Assembly (NCBI GenBank): GCA_045628045.1
Contig: JAZQOV010000011.1
Location: 1-64,000, forward strand
Direction of reading: 5' to 3'
DNA length: 64,000 nt
Origin: Bacilli bacterium
GTDB taxonomy: Bacteria; Bacillota_I; Bacilli_A; RFN20; CAG-826
Positions within the stretch are counted from its first letter, which is position 1. The number at the start of each line of letters is the position of its first letter. Positions 25,684 to 36,214 of this stretch are shown here, piece after piece. The notes below the pieces were generated by a model. That model saw only the letters and a list, made by a program, of their open reading frames with translations. It did no database searches and was not told the origin of the DNA. Both the position numbers and the translations under genes were made by a program.

Positions 25684-27819
25684 ATGATTACCAAAAGTAT
25701 TATTAAAGATTTTGTACATAGAAGATGCCCTTATTTAGCGAAGGCATCTTTAGATGATAATTCATTACTCAAGTTAATTGAAAGTTATTTAGAGTTTGGC
25801 ACTAAAGAAGATATTGAAGAAGCTATCCTTATGGGAGAGCAAGATGAACAAGATGATCCAAACTCTGATAACACGTTTGATATTCTAGAAATAATGAAAG
25901 ATTACCCTTATCTAAGAGGGGACATTGAAAAGCTCATTGATAAACACGCGAAAGAAAACCCGGTTTATGATCTTCAAAAGAAATATGATGATTCTCAAGT
26001 TAGTGCGAGACTCTCTAGAAAATACATTGAACTTATTTATGGCAAAGAAAACTGCAAAAGATGCGATGTAAATGACTTTGGAGCGGAAACCTCTAATCAG
26101 AAGTTTATCGTGGAACGCACCAAAGAATATCTAAAAGATAAAAGCGTAAAAGTTCTTTTTGAAGGCCAAGTCGAACATAATGACTTAAGAGCAAGATTTG
26201 ACGTTTTAATTAAAGAAGATAATGGCACTTTTACTCTTATTGAGGCTAAAGGAAGTAATTCTCCATTTACTCATCCAGATAAAAAGCCTGAAATTGATAG
26301 CGGAATTAAAATTCCTTATTTATACGACCTTCTCTTCCAATATTATATTTACGTAAAAGAAGGTCTTAATATTTCAAAACTTGGTTATCTTCATCTTAAT
26401 AAGGAATTCACATTTTCAAAGGAAAATGTAAACTATCCTGATTTATGTGATGAAGATATTAAGAATTTATTCAAACTTTCTTTTGAATTAAATTTAAAAA
26501 TTAAAAAGGATGAAACGGAACTAGTTCCTATCATCACATATTTTGATTCTGAGTTATACCTTAAACGAAACAAAGATGGTGAACCTACCATAACACCTAT
26601 TGAAGATGTTATTTACGAGATACGTTCTTTGGCTACCAAGTTTGAAATTAACCCTAACAAGCATTATGAATGTGTGAAAGGTGGAAAATGTCCTTTCTTA
26701 TTATCATGCTTTAGCGATGCGGATGATGAAAACTCAATTTTAAAGCTCACTAGATGGGGCTCCTTTGGCGGATACTGGGGACGTTCTAAAAAGGCCCTCG
26801 AAGAAGGTATTTTACGTATTTCTGATTTACCTACAGCTTACATTGAAGAATATTCCTTACAAAGTGAAAAAGACGGCGTTATTAAGTATGGAAACGCAAG
26901 GTCTCAGATTTCCTTCCAACGTGAGTGGAAAGACAAAGGCTTTGACTACGTCATCCATACGAAATTAATGGAAGAAATCTTACGTAGAGACTACCTAAAT
27001 GATGAGATTGATTACCTTGTTTTCTTTGACTTTGAATCAATCCAAAATCCTGTGCCTTTGATGAGGGACGCTCATCCATGGCAACAGGTTGTTACCCAAT
27101 ACTCAATGCACATTGTTAAGAAGGGTTATGACCTCACAAAACATGACTTTGCGAAAGGAAGAGGTGGAGATTGTTCTCACTACGAATTCATTGGACATCC
27201 ATCAAAAGATGGATATGTTAATCCTGAATTTGCATTATTTAAGACTTTAAGGGACCATCTTATTGATTTTGGTATTAATCCAATGGCGAAGAATTATCGC
27301 GTTGTTGTCTTTAACCAAAATTTTGAAAAAACAAGAATGAATGAGTTTGTAAGACTTTACATTTCTCATCCTGAAGTTGACGCGGATTTAGTCAACTTTG
27401 TGCAGAATTTTAATGACAATGTCGTTGATCTTCTTGATTTCTTCACAAGTGGCAGTTTTTATGGCAAAAAATTCAACGGAAGAGGCTCATTAAAGGTTGT
27501 TCAACCAACATTATGTGAAGACGAAGATGTTCAAGCTTATTACGAGTCAATTAAGCTATCTTTTGACCTAAAACATTCCCTTGATTATCACAAAGAAGGC
27601 GCACTTGTTTATAATGGCGGAATCTGCCTTGATTTATACAAAGCTTTGCTTATGAGGAATCACAAAAATCCTCAAGATAATGACCCGGATGAAGAGAAAA
27701 TGCTTGCTCAAGCACTTGCGTATTGCAAGATCGATTCGTGGGGAACTGTTATCATTTATGACGTTCTAAAGCACGTCTTAGATGGTAAGATAAAAATCAA
27801 AGCGAAATTCTTATCTTAA
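25684..27819 (+). CDS. DUF2779-type protein: N-terminal PD-(D/E)XK nuclease-like plus C-terminal RNase H/DEDD-like domain
   Basis: ARFDVL..LIEAKGS, DLLFQYY; FFDFES, PWQQVVTQYSMH, FNQNFEK, SLKVVQP, YCKIDS. Confidence 0.75.
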   Translation: MITKSIIKDFVHRRCPYLAKASLDDNSLLKLIESYLEFGTKEDIEEAILMGEQDEQDDPNSDNTFDILEIMKDYPYLRGDIEKLIDKHAKENPVYDLQKKYDDSQVSARLSRKYIELIYGKENCKRCDVNDFGAETSNQKFIVERTKEYLKDKSVKVLFEGQVEHNDLRARFDVLIKEDNGTFTLIEAKGSNSPFTHPDKKPEIDSGIKIPYLYDLLFQYYIYVKEGLNISKLGYLHLNKEFTFSKENVNYPDLCDEDIKNLFKLSFELNLKIKKDETELVPIITYFDSELYLKRNKDGEPTITPIEDVIYEIRSLATKFEINPNKHYECVKGGKCPFLLSCFSDADDENSILKLTRWGSFGGYWGRSKKALEEGILRISDLPTAYIEEYSLQSEKDGVIKYGNARSQISFQREWKDKGFDYVIHTKLMEEILRRDYLNDEIDYLVFFDFESIQNPVPLMRDAHPWQQVVTQYSMHIVKKGYDLTKHDFAKGRGGDCSHYEFIGHPSKDGYVNPEFALFKTLRDHLIDFGINPMAKNYRVVVFNQNFEKTRMNEFVRLYISHPEVDADLVNFVQNFNDNVVDLLDFFTSGSFYGKKFNGRGSLKVVQPTLCEDEDVQAYYESIKLSFDLKHSLDYHKEGALVYNGGICLDLYKALLMRNHKNPQDNDPDEEKMLAQALAYCKIDSWGTVIIYDVLKHVLDGKIKIKAKFLS

Positions 27820-27825
27820 TATTTG

Positions 27826-27849
27826 AAGAGAGACTTAGTCTCTTTTTTT
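27826..27849 (+). terminator. Intrinsic terminator
   Basis: aagagagac-tta-gtctct followed by a T-run. Confidence 0.8.
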
Positions 27850-28062
27850 ATTTATAAAAGAATTAAATTAAATTGAAATTTTTTCCGTTTTCCAAAATTC
27901 AAAAATTTTAATACTTTGTATTAGAAAAGTTTTTTAACATTATTGCAAAAAAATCTCTAATTAGTATGTGAAAGGTTTACAAGACACCTGGAAAGGAAAT
28001 GACTTTAAAACATTGCTGTGCGACATAATTTGGTATATAATTTAGCCACAAGGTGAAAACTT

Positions 28063-28320
28063 ATGAATATAATACCAATGAGAGATTTAAAAAATACCGT
28101 TAATATAGAAAAACTTTGCGCAACTTCAAAGGCACCAGTCTTTGTTACTAAAAATGGATATGGAAGTTTAGTTGTTATGAATATCGAGTGTTTTGAAAAA
28201 ATACTTGAGCAAGCTTATGAAACAGTCGAACTCAAAAAGGGAATGGAAGATATAGAAAATGGCAGAGTAAGAAATGGCAACGATGTTTTGAATGACATAA
28301 AAACAAAATTTGGATTTTGA
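28063..28320 (+). CDS. Phd/YefM-family antitoxin
   Basis: IIPMRDLKN..PVFVTKNGYGSLVVMNIE. Confidence 0.9.
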   Translation: MNIIPMRDLKNTVNIEKLCATSKAPVFVTKNGYGSLVVMNIECFEKILEQAYETVELKKGMEDIENGRVRNGNDVLNDIKTKFGF

Positions 28321-28612
28321 GTTTTCAAAAAATGCTGAAATTGATTTTAACAATATTATTCTTTTTTAAAAGAATAAACTTAATAACGAATTAGTTGCAA
28401 AAAACCTAGTTTATAAAATTAGCAAAGCAATTGATAACATAAAGCTTTTTCCTGAGATGTATGAACAAATTAGCAATGATTTATGTGAGTACAAAAATAT
28501 AAGAAGAATTCCAATAGATAACTACAATTTGTATTATTCCTTTAATGAAGAGAAAAATAAATTAATAATTGTAAGAATACTATACGCTCACTATAATTTT
28601 GATAAATATTAA
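28310..28612 (+). pseudogene. RelE/ParE-family toxin with an internal stop (absent from the ORF track)
   Basis: TTG start; (M)DFEFSKNAEIDFNNIILF*KNKLNNELVAKNL..LFPEMY..IRRIPIDNYNLYY..IIVRILY; in-frame TAA at 28367-28369. Confidence 0.85.
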
Positions 28613-28801
28613 AATATTTAATGACAATAAAAATGCCCCAAATTTTTGGGTTTTTTTCATAATTTTGACACAAATTTTTATGTAATTTCCCTAAGTTTTT
28701 TCTTGTCGATTATTCCTGTTTTTATACTTCACTAAGTGAAATTACTTGACTAGAACTATTCTTATATATAAGATATACATTGAATAAAAGGAGTTTTTTC
28801 T

Positions 28802-31800
28802 ATGAAAATCAAAAGTCTTCTCAAAACTGCTGTCGTCACAATGGCAATTGGCATGCTTGCCGGTTGTGGTCGAAAGGCCAAATACATTGTTCAATGGTTC
28901 AATGATGACAGAAAAACAGTTTTACATGTTTCAATGCCTCTCGAAGAAGGTACAGTCCCAGAATATCCTGAAGAATTAGAGACACCTGTCAAAGAATCCG
29001 GCACTGAAGAAATTAAGTATGTTTTTGATGGTTGGTCACCAGAAGTCGGCCCGCTAACAAAAGCTACTAACTATTACGCAAGGTATAAAACACAATATCG
29101 TGTTGAATGGAAAAATTCAGATGGATCTATTTTAAAATCCGGATATACATTTGATGGTGAACTTCCAGATGTTCCAACAGACTTAAAATTCACTAGTCCG
29201 GCTCAAGATGATGGCACGCATTACTCATTCGTGAAATGGGTAGGTGAAGATGATTCTATGAAAGTAGATCAGCCAATTAAAAAACCATCATGTTTTTATG
29301 CATCATACAATGTTGAGAGTTATAGAATTACATGGAAAAATGTCGACGGTGAACAACTCGGTTCATCATTTGTTGCCGCTGGTCAAATCCCAATTTATAC
29401 TGGTGAAGTACCAACATTAGATTCAGGAAAAGAAGACCTTGAATATGTGTTTGATGGTTGGGATAAAGAAATTGCTCCTGCTGAAGAACCAGTAACTTAT
29501 GTTGCTAAATTTAAAGAAGTTAAAAAATACGTTATTACCTGGAAAAATGAAGATGGCACAGTTTTAGCATCTGGACTCGTTGCAGAAGGACAAATGCCAG
29601 AGTGTCCAACTCATGAACCAACAAAGGAAAATACAGAAAGATATAGTTATGAATTCGCTGGTTGGGATCCGGCAATTTCAACTGTTAAGGGCGATGCTGT
29701 TTATACAGCCAAATATGAAATAGTACAAGAAAGATTCCTCATTACATGGAAGAATCATAATGGTACTGTTCTTTATCAAGATTATGTTGCCGAAGGCAAA
29801 TTACCAGAATATAAAGGTGAAGAACCAACAAAGGTTACTACAGAAAGAGAAGCATACCGCTTCAGCGGTTGGTCTCCAAGTATCGTAGTCGCTAGCGAAG
29901 ACGCTGTTTATGTAGCAGAATTTGAACTCGACCACCTTTTATACGAAATTACATGGAAAAACGATGATGGCCACGTTCTTGCTACAAAATATTGCGTTGA
30001 AGGACAAACTCCTGTCTATCCAAATGCTGAACCTACAAAACCAAGCGATAATGTTGCTGTTTATAAGTTCAGTGGTTGGAATCCTACACCTGTTACTGTT
30101 ACACGTGATGCCACTTACCTTGCAACCTTTGCGGTAGAAAAAGCTAAATATCCAGTTACATGGAAAGACGAAGATGGCACAGTTCTTGCAACAAGTTATG
30201 TTCCAGAGGCTGAAATGCCAGTTTGCCCAGTTGATAATCCTACTAAAGCAGATGATAATCGTCATTCATATACTTTTGCTGGATGGGAACCAGCACTTAC
30301 TACAGTAAGCGGCGCTGTTACTTATACTGCAAAATATGATGTTTCTGAAGAAAGATTCTTAGTTACATGGAAAGATGAAAACGGGTCAGTCCTTGCTACA
30401 AATTTTGTTGCTGAAGGAAAAACTCCAGTTTGCCCAGTTGGTAACCCAACAAAACAAGATGACGATCGTCACACATATGAATTTGGTGGATGGTCTCCAG
30501 CAGTTTCACCTGTTACAGCAGATATCACCTATACAGCAGTATACAATGTTTCTGAAGAAAGATTCTTAATTACATGGAAAAATGAAGACGGATCAGTCCT
30601 TGCTACAAAATTTGTTGCTGAAGGAGAGACTCCATCTTGCCCAGTTTCCAATCCAATTAAAAAAGCTGATGAACGTCATACATATGCATTCAACGGTTGG
30701 TCTCCAGCAGTATTACCTGTCACTGAAGATGCTACTTATACTGCTCAATTTAAAGTAACCGAAGAAAGATTCTTAGTTACATGGAAGAATGATGACGGCT
30801 CAGTCCTTGCTACAGAATATGTAGCAGAAGGAAAAGTTCCAAAATATCCTGGAACTGTTAATCCTAGCAAGGATGATAATCCTCCATATGTTTACGAATT
30901 TATGGGTTGGGATAAGAAAATAACACCTGTTATAGCAGATGAAGTTTATACTGCAACATATAAGGATGTTAAGAAACAATACACTATTAAGTGGGTCGAC
31001 TATGATAATAAAGTCCTTCACACTGACTATATTGATTACGGTTCACCAATCACTTATGAATATGCATTACCAACAAGAGCTTCAACAACCTTGTCCGATT
31101 TCGAATTTATTGGTTGGGATAAAGAACTCAAAAATTTAACTGCTACAAGTGATTTAACTATCACAGCTCTCTATAAAGAAACCGTTTATAAAGGTGCTAA
31201 TATTACATATCACTTTAATGAAACAAAGAATAAAGTAACTAATCCTAAACAAAATGTTTCTCTTATTAGAGTTGGAACAGATCTCTCTCTTGCTAATGCA
31301 ACCGCACCAGGTTATAAGTTTGATGGTTGGTTCTTTGATGAAGCTTACACTATTAGTGCAGGCACAAAATTAACAAACGTTGACCATGATATTACCTTGT
31401 ATGGTAAATTCTCAAAAAATACTTATACCATTACTTATGTAATGAATGGTGGTGAGTTAGATGCTGGCGCTTCTAATCCAACATCAATTACTTGTGAAGA
31501 TCAAGCAATTGTCTTAGCTAATCCAAGTAAACTTGGTTACACATTTACTGGCTGGTCAGGATATGGCTCTGGAAAAGTGATTGATTGTAGACTTGAAAAT
31601 GTAACTAAAGCATTAACTCTTACAGCAAACTTTAAAGCAAATACTTATAAAATTGTTTTGAAGTATACTGACAGAGACGATACAAGTATTAACGTTGATT
31701 ACAATTCAGAGATTTCTGGTTTACCAGAATTGGCTGATAAGGAAGGCTCAGAATTCATTGGTTGGTTCACCAAAGAAGGCATCCAATTTGAAAACGGATA

Positions 31801-32857
31801 TACTTATTCATATACAACTGACGTTGTACTTTATCCATTATTTGCTGACACAAAAGTTCATAAAATTGATTATGAGCTTAACGGTGGTGTTTTACCAGCA
31901 GGATATCCAACTTCTTATAAAGCATTTGAAGCATTCCCTGAAATTTACAATCCAACAAAAGAAGGGTATTCATTTACTGGTTGGACTTATGTTGATCCTG
32001 CAACAGGAAAAACTGTTGATTTTAAATCACTAGCAGGCTTAGATTTCGATATTACATTGATTGCAAACTGGGGCGTCAGAGAAGTTACTATAAACTATGT
32101 TTATGGTGAAGGCGCAACACTCAAACGTAATCTTACTTTCGTTGATGAAACTTCAACAGAAATTGAAAGCCATGAAATTTCATACTTTGAAGGTGCAGAA
32201 TTTGTTTCCTATGAAGATACTGACACGGCTCAATTTAAAGGATGGGCTGATGAAAAAGGAAAGATGTATGACTTTAGCTCTGATGCAATTGTTGAAGGCG
32301 ACACCACATTAAAACCAGTCATGGAACCAATCGCGGAAGGCGCAGTTGCTGGTAAGGTTGGCGAGGACGCACACGTTACAGCAACAGGTTCAAGCACAAA
32401 AGTTATTCAATATACTTCAGTAAGTGCTCAAGATGTCAATTTTGAAGTTAGTTCAACAGCAGGACTTAAAGTTATTATTGCTGATAAGAACGGAAAACAA
32501 ATTGCATCATCTGGAGTTGGATCTACTTCATCCATAAGTATGAATGGAGTTCACTTCGAAGCAAATACAACTTATCTCGTAAGTATTGAAGTTTCAGGTA
32601 GTGGTGATAATAATATTACCGTTGCAACAACTGGTACAGTTGCAGAAGGTGCTTTAAGTGGAAAGATCTACTCAAAAGAGTATGTCACTGAATTCACAGT
32701 TCAACACTTCGGTGAGACATTTGATAACAGCATTGTCCCAGTTAAAGAAGGGTATTTATTCGATGGTTGGTTTGACGCAGATGGAAACTACTACGATTCA
32801 TACACTGAATTAACTTCAACAGTCATTACCCTTTACGCAAAATGGGTAAAAGCCTAA
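28802..32857 (+). CDS. Lipoprotein with many InlB B-repeat (Listeria-Bacteroides repeat)-like units
   Basis: Lipobox LAGC; ITWKNxDGxVL..PTK..YxFxGW..YTAxY units with exact 207 bp period at 30161/30368/30575/30782; C-terminal KEGYxFxGW units. Confidence 0.85.
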   Translation: MKIKSLLKTAVVTMAIGMLAGCGRKAKYIVQWFNDDRKTVLHVSMPLEEGTVPEYPEELETPVKESGTEEIKYVFDGWSPEVGPLTKATNYYARYKTQYRVEWKNSDGSILKSGYTFDGELPDVPTDLKFTSPAQDDGTHYSFVKWVGEDDSMKVDQPIKKPSCFYASYNVESYRITWKNVDGEQLGSSFVAAGQIPIYTGEVPTLDSGKEDLEYVFDGWDKEIAPAEEPVTYVAKFKEVKKYVITWKNEDGTVLASGLVAEGQMPECPTHEPTKENTERYSYEFAGWDPAISTVKGDAVYTAKYEIVQERFLITWKNHNGTVLYQDYVAEGKLPEYKGEEPTKVTTEREAYRFSGWSPSIVVASEDAVYVAEFELDHLLYEITWKNDDGHVLATKYCVEGQTPVYPNAEPTKPSDNVAVYKFSGWNPTPVTVTRDATYLATFAVEKAKYPVTWKDEDGTVLATSYVPEAEMPVCPVDNPTKADDNRHSYTFAGWEPALTTVSGAVTYTAKYDVSEERFLVTWKDENGSVLATNFVAEGKTPVCPVGNPTKQDDDRHTYEFGGWSPAVSPVTADITYTAVYNVSEERFLITWKNEDGSVLATKFVAEGETPSCPVSNPIKKADERHTYAFNGWSPAVLPVTEDATYTAQFKVTEERFLVTWKNDDGSVLATEYVAEGKVPKYPGTVNPSKDDNPPYVYEFMGWDKKITPVIADEVYTATYKDVKKQYTIKWVDYDNKVLHTDYIDYGSPITYEYALPTRASTTLSDFEFIGWDKELKNLTATSDLTITALYKETVYKGANITYHFNETKNKVTNPKQNVSLIRVGTDLSLANATAPGYKFDGWFFDEAYTISAGTKLTNVDHDITLYGKFSKNTYTITYVMNGGELDAGASNPTSITCEDQAIVLANPSKLGYTFTGWSGYGSGKVIDCRLENVTKALTLTANFKANTYKIVLKYTDRDDTSINVDYNSEISGLPELADKEGSEFIGWFTKEGIQFENGYTYSYTTDVVLYPLFADTKVHKIDYELNGGVLPAGYPTSYKAFEAFPEIYNPTKEGYSFTGWTYVDPATGKTVDFKSLAGLDFDITLIANWGVREVTINYVYGEGATLKRNLTFVDETSTEIESHEISYFEGAEFVSYEDTDTAQFKGWADEKGKMYDFSSDAIVEGDTTLKPVMEPIAEGAVAGKVGEDAHVTATGSSTKVIQYTSVSAQDVNFEVSSTAGLKVIIADKNGKQIASSGVGSTSSISMNGVHFEANTTYLVSIEVSGSGDNNITVATTGTVAEGALSGKIYSKEYVTEFTVQHFGETFDNSIVPVKEGYLFDGWFDADGNYYDSYTELTSTVITLYAKWVKA

Positions 32858-32876
32858 TAGCTTACTAATAACAAAC

Positions 32877-32905
32877 AAGGCGGATACTTTGTATCTGCCT
32901 TTTTT
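32877..32905 (+). terminator. Intrinsic terminator
   Basis: aaggcggatac-ttt-gtatctgcc followed by a T-run. Confidence 0.85.
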
Positions 32906-32963
32906 ATTAATTAATTTAATATTATATATTGAATAACAATTCAAAATCCGTATAATAAAAAGC

Positions 32964-33869
32964 ATGAAACGTTTATATATTTACACAATCATTGTGGCCT
33001 CCTCTTTAGCAATGGGTGCTTTAGTAGGTTTTGGGGCCAAAAAACTATTTAATAAAGAGTACGTTTACAATAACGTTGACTTTGATGCATTTGTACCAGA
33101 TTACAATGCTATTTTTGAAGAAGTTAATTCATATAAAGGAAGCTCGAAAGAAAAAGTTGATCATTTCTCAGCAGTTGAAGTAATTAATTATTCTTTAGAA
33201 AAATTCCGTCGTAATGAAAAATGTGCTACTTATACCTATGGTATTTCCCATACAGCGGTTGAACAAATCATTAGAGGCGCAAATTATAAAGTTGGTTCAG
33301 AATATTTTGAGGAATCACTTTCTAAATCTAGCCTTGTTTCGGTCGCAAGCAGGGTTTATATGAGCGGAAAGTCCGGAGACATTAAAATGTATAAGGGAGA
33401 AGATGATTCAATCGTTATTAACGATAAAGAAGCATTTGCAGAATATCCTGAAGTTTCGGAAGACATTATTGAACACAGCACATATAAGAAAACATACGGA
33501 AAAACACTTGATGAGATGTTTATTTATCTTATTTGTAATGATGGCGTATTAAGTTCATCAGTTAATGAAACAGATAGTGGTTATCAATATGTTGTTAATT
33601 TAGATAATGAAATTTCTACTTACTTTAATAAGTTACAAATGAAAAATCTATCTGATCTTGATACTTATCCAGTATTCCAAACTGTTACTCTTACTTTTGA
33701 TTTAGACAAAGATTTATCTTTGAAGAAATGTAATATAGATGAATATTATAAAGCTAAGAAAATTATTTATGCGAGTGCGCATGCTCTAATCGATATCTAT
33801 TTTGTATCTAATGCAGATATTGAAATCCCGGCAGTAAATGAAAAATTAAATTATGATTTGGAGTTTTAA
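32964..33869 (+). CDS. Hypothetical membrane-anchored protein
   Basis: N-terminal TM; long ORF; promoter immediately upstream. Confidence 0.7.
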   Translation: MKRLYIYTIIVASSLAMGALVGFGAKKLFNKEYVYNNVDFDAFVPDYNAIFEEVNSYKGSSKEKVDHFSAVEVINYSLEKFRRNEKCATYTYGISHTAVEQIIRGANYKVGSEYFEESLSKSSLVSVASRVYMSGKSGDIKMYKGEDDSIVINDKEAFAEYPEVSEDIIEHSTYKKTYGKTLDEMFIYLICNDGVLSSSVNETDSGYQYVVNLDNEISTYFNKLQMKNLSDLDTYPVFQTVTLTFDLDKDLSLKKCNIDEYYKAKKIIYASAHALIDIYFVSNADIEIPAVNEKLNYDLEF

Positions 33870-33874
33870 CCATT

Positions 33875-36214
33875 ATGAAATTATTTAATAAAAAGAATTT
33901 AGGAAAAATTATTACCGGTGTAGCATGCTTTGGCGTTGCTTTTACTGTTCTTTATTTAGTTGTTAACCCAAGAAAGGTCGAAAGTAACCTAAAACCTTCA
34001 GCTCCAGAGATTCCTGTTACAGAAGATACATATTTTGATAAATTTGCAAATAAACTTATTGATAAATTCGCAAAATCTGAAGAACCTTTAAAATTTAAGG
34101 CCACACTTGAAAATTTAGCAGTTTCTTCTAAAGAAGACCCAACAAATGTTTATGCTTCTACTAAAGGTGAATTAGCTTTATCTATTGATGAAAATAAGAA
34201 TATTGAATACACAGTCGATTTAGATGTTTCTAGCGGCGGAAGTGATCTTCTTTTAGGATTTGGCTATGTTAATAAATATAGCTATTTCTCATTAGGCGAT
34301 AAAGGATTTAAACTTGCAGATACATCATTTGATGAAATAACCAATTTTGCTAAAGAAGTTTTTACCTCAGTTTTAGATCTTGATATTGGTGGTGTTTCAC
34401 TAGATTTATCCGGTTTAATTTCAGGCATTGATATTGATTCATTACTTCCTCAAGAAGTTGTTGATGGTGATAATGTTAATTTTTTAATTAACAATGACAC
34501 TATTAATCTTGAAATTAGTGCTAATAAAGAAACATTAGAACTTAAGAAAATTAATGTTAAGAGTTTAAATATTGAATCTATTTCTCTTTCTACACTAGTT
34601 TCAGTTGAAAAAATTGAAAAAGTTTGTCCATTTGATGATGGCTCATATAAAGGAAGACATATTTCTTTTGCAGAAGCAAAGGTTTTCTCAAATGTCATTT
34701 CTGGTTTTAATAGACTTGCCGCTATTGGAGAAATGGGGATGAGCCTTAAAGCCTCAATTAGCAAAAGCGGAACAAAACTTATCGACATACAAAATAGTGT
34801 TAATTCCAAATTAGATGACAATCATAATCCTGAAATTGATTTAGATATTTTTGCAACTATTGAAAAAAGCAAAGCTTATGCAGCTATTAATGCATGTTAC
34901 TTTGATGGTTGCACATATGTAACCGTTCCTACCGAAAATGATAGTCTTAAATTAAAATATGCAGACGAAAAATTCACAAGCATTTATGAATTTATGATTG
35001 AGATTGTTTCTGGTTTAATTGGCGATGAATTAAGCGATATTTTTAGCCGTTCTAGCAGAGTTATGCGAACAATTAGCAAGGCAACAAGCGGAAATATACT
35101 TTCATTTGATATTCTTTCATTTATTAATAACACCTTTGAGTATTTCGATTTTACAGAGAATAAATTAATTATTAATTTATCAGATGATGCAAATCCTGCT
35201 CAAATCGTTCTTACTTCTAAGGAAAATGAAAATACAATGAATGTTTCCTTTGAAAACTTTAATATTGAATCTTTAGTATTTGATTTGGACCTTGATATTG
35301 TAGATTTTGACTCCAAAAACATAGAAAAAGTCAAAAAGGAAGCAAAACAATATGATGAATTTGATTTTGTTTTATTAAGATTCCTTTTAAGATCTCTTAA
35401 CACCAAAACATATAGATTAACAACATCATTATCATTGTCTTTCCCGGCAGTATTTATCAATACACAAATTGTCCTTAAAACAGAACTTAGCATTTATGTG
35501 GACTATTCTTCAGGATATTTAAAGATATTTATTGAAACACACGATCAAATCTTCTGGCCTATCATTATGAGTTATGGAGTTAGCAATGTTAAAATTGGTT
35601 ATGATGGAGAGACGGGCCTTGTTCATATTTTAAATTTAGTACAAGAATTAGACCCATTTACAGGCTTTCCGTTTGGAGATATGTATAATCTCTATTATGT
35701 GACAGATCTCGATAATTTCATCGATAATATTGCTGAATATCTTTTAAAAGATATATTGTACTTTATTCCAGATTTAGTTGATGAAATTCTTGGTTCGAGA
35801 AGAACCTCTCCTGTTTTATCAAGAGCTAGAGTTACATCTTCATACAATATTTATGAATCATTCTTATCCTTTACCCACACATATAATGAAAAAACTAAAG
35901 AAGATGTGATTTCCACAAAATTCGATTTATCAGCAATTTTAGGTATTTCTATATTTAAAGATCTTAATCTTACACTTTATGGTAAAAGAGAAAACGATGA
36001 TTCTAATTTCATTACAAGATACACACTTAGTACAAAATTGTTTAATATTATTACTCTTACTGCTGAAGCAGTAAATGACAATGAATCATCAGAACAAGAT
36101 GAAAAGTGTGATGCATTATTTAGTATTTACGCTAATTTATCTAGTGAAGAAAAAGCTTTATTTGATGAATCTTATCTAAATAACCCAGCAGTTGGTTGGA
36201 AGATACGTTTGTGA
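33875..36214 (+). CDS. Hypothetical membrane-anchored beta-rich protein
   Basis: N-terminal TM; 779 aa ORF in an operon. Confidence 0.7.
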   Translation: MKLFNKKNLGKIITGVACFGVAFTVLYLVVNPRKVESNLKPSAPEIPVTEDTYFDKFANKLIDKFAKSEEPLKFKATLENLAVSSKEDPTNVYASTKGELALSIDENKNIEYTVDLDVSSGGSDLLLGFGYVNKYSYFSLGDKGFKLADTSFDEITNFAKEVFTSVLDLDIGGVSLDLSGLISGIDIDSLLPQEVVDGDNVNFLINNDTINLEISANKETLELKKINVKSLNIESISLSTLVSVEKIEKVCPFDDGSYKGRHISFAEAKVFSNVISGFNRLAAIGEMGMSLKASISKSGTKLIDIQNSVNSKLDDNHNPEIDLDIFATIEKSKAYAAINACYFDGCTYVTVPTENDSLKLKYADEKFTSIYEFMIEIVSGLIGDELSDIFSRSSRVMRTISKATSGNILSFDILSFINNTFEYFDFTENKLIINLSDDANPAQIVLTSKENENTMNVSFENFNIESLVFDLDLDIVDFDSKNIEKVKKEAKQYDEFDFVLLRFLLRSLNTKTYRLTTSLSLSFPAVFINTQIVLKTELSIYVDYSSGYLKIFIETHDQIFWPIIMSYGVSNVKIGYDGETGLVHILNLVQELDPFTGFPFGDMYNLYYVTDLDNFIDNIAEYLLKDILYFIPDLVDEILGSRRTSPVLSRARVTSSYNIYESFLSFTHTYNEKTKEDVISTKFDLSAILGISIFKDLNLTLYGKRENDDSNFITRYTLSTKLFNIITLTAEAVNDNESSEQDEKCDALFSIYANLSSEEKALFDESYLNNPAVGWKIRL

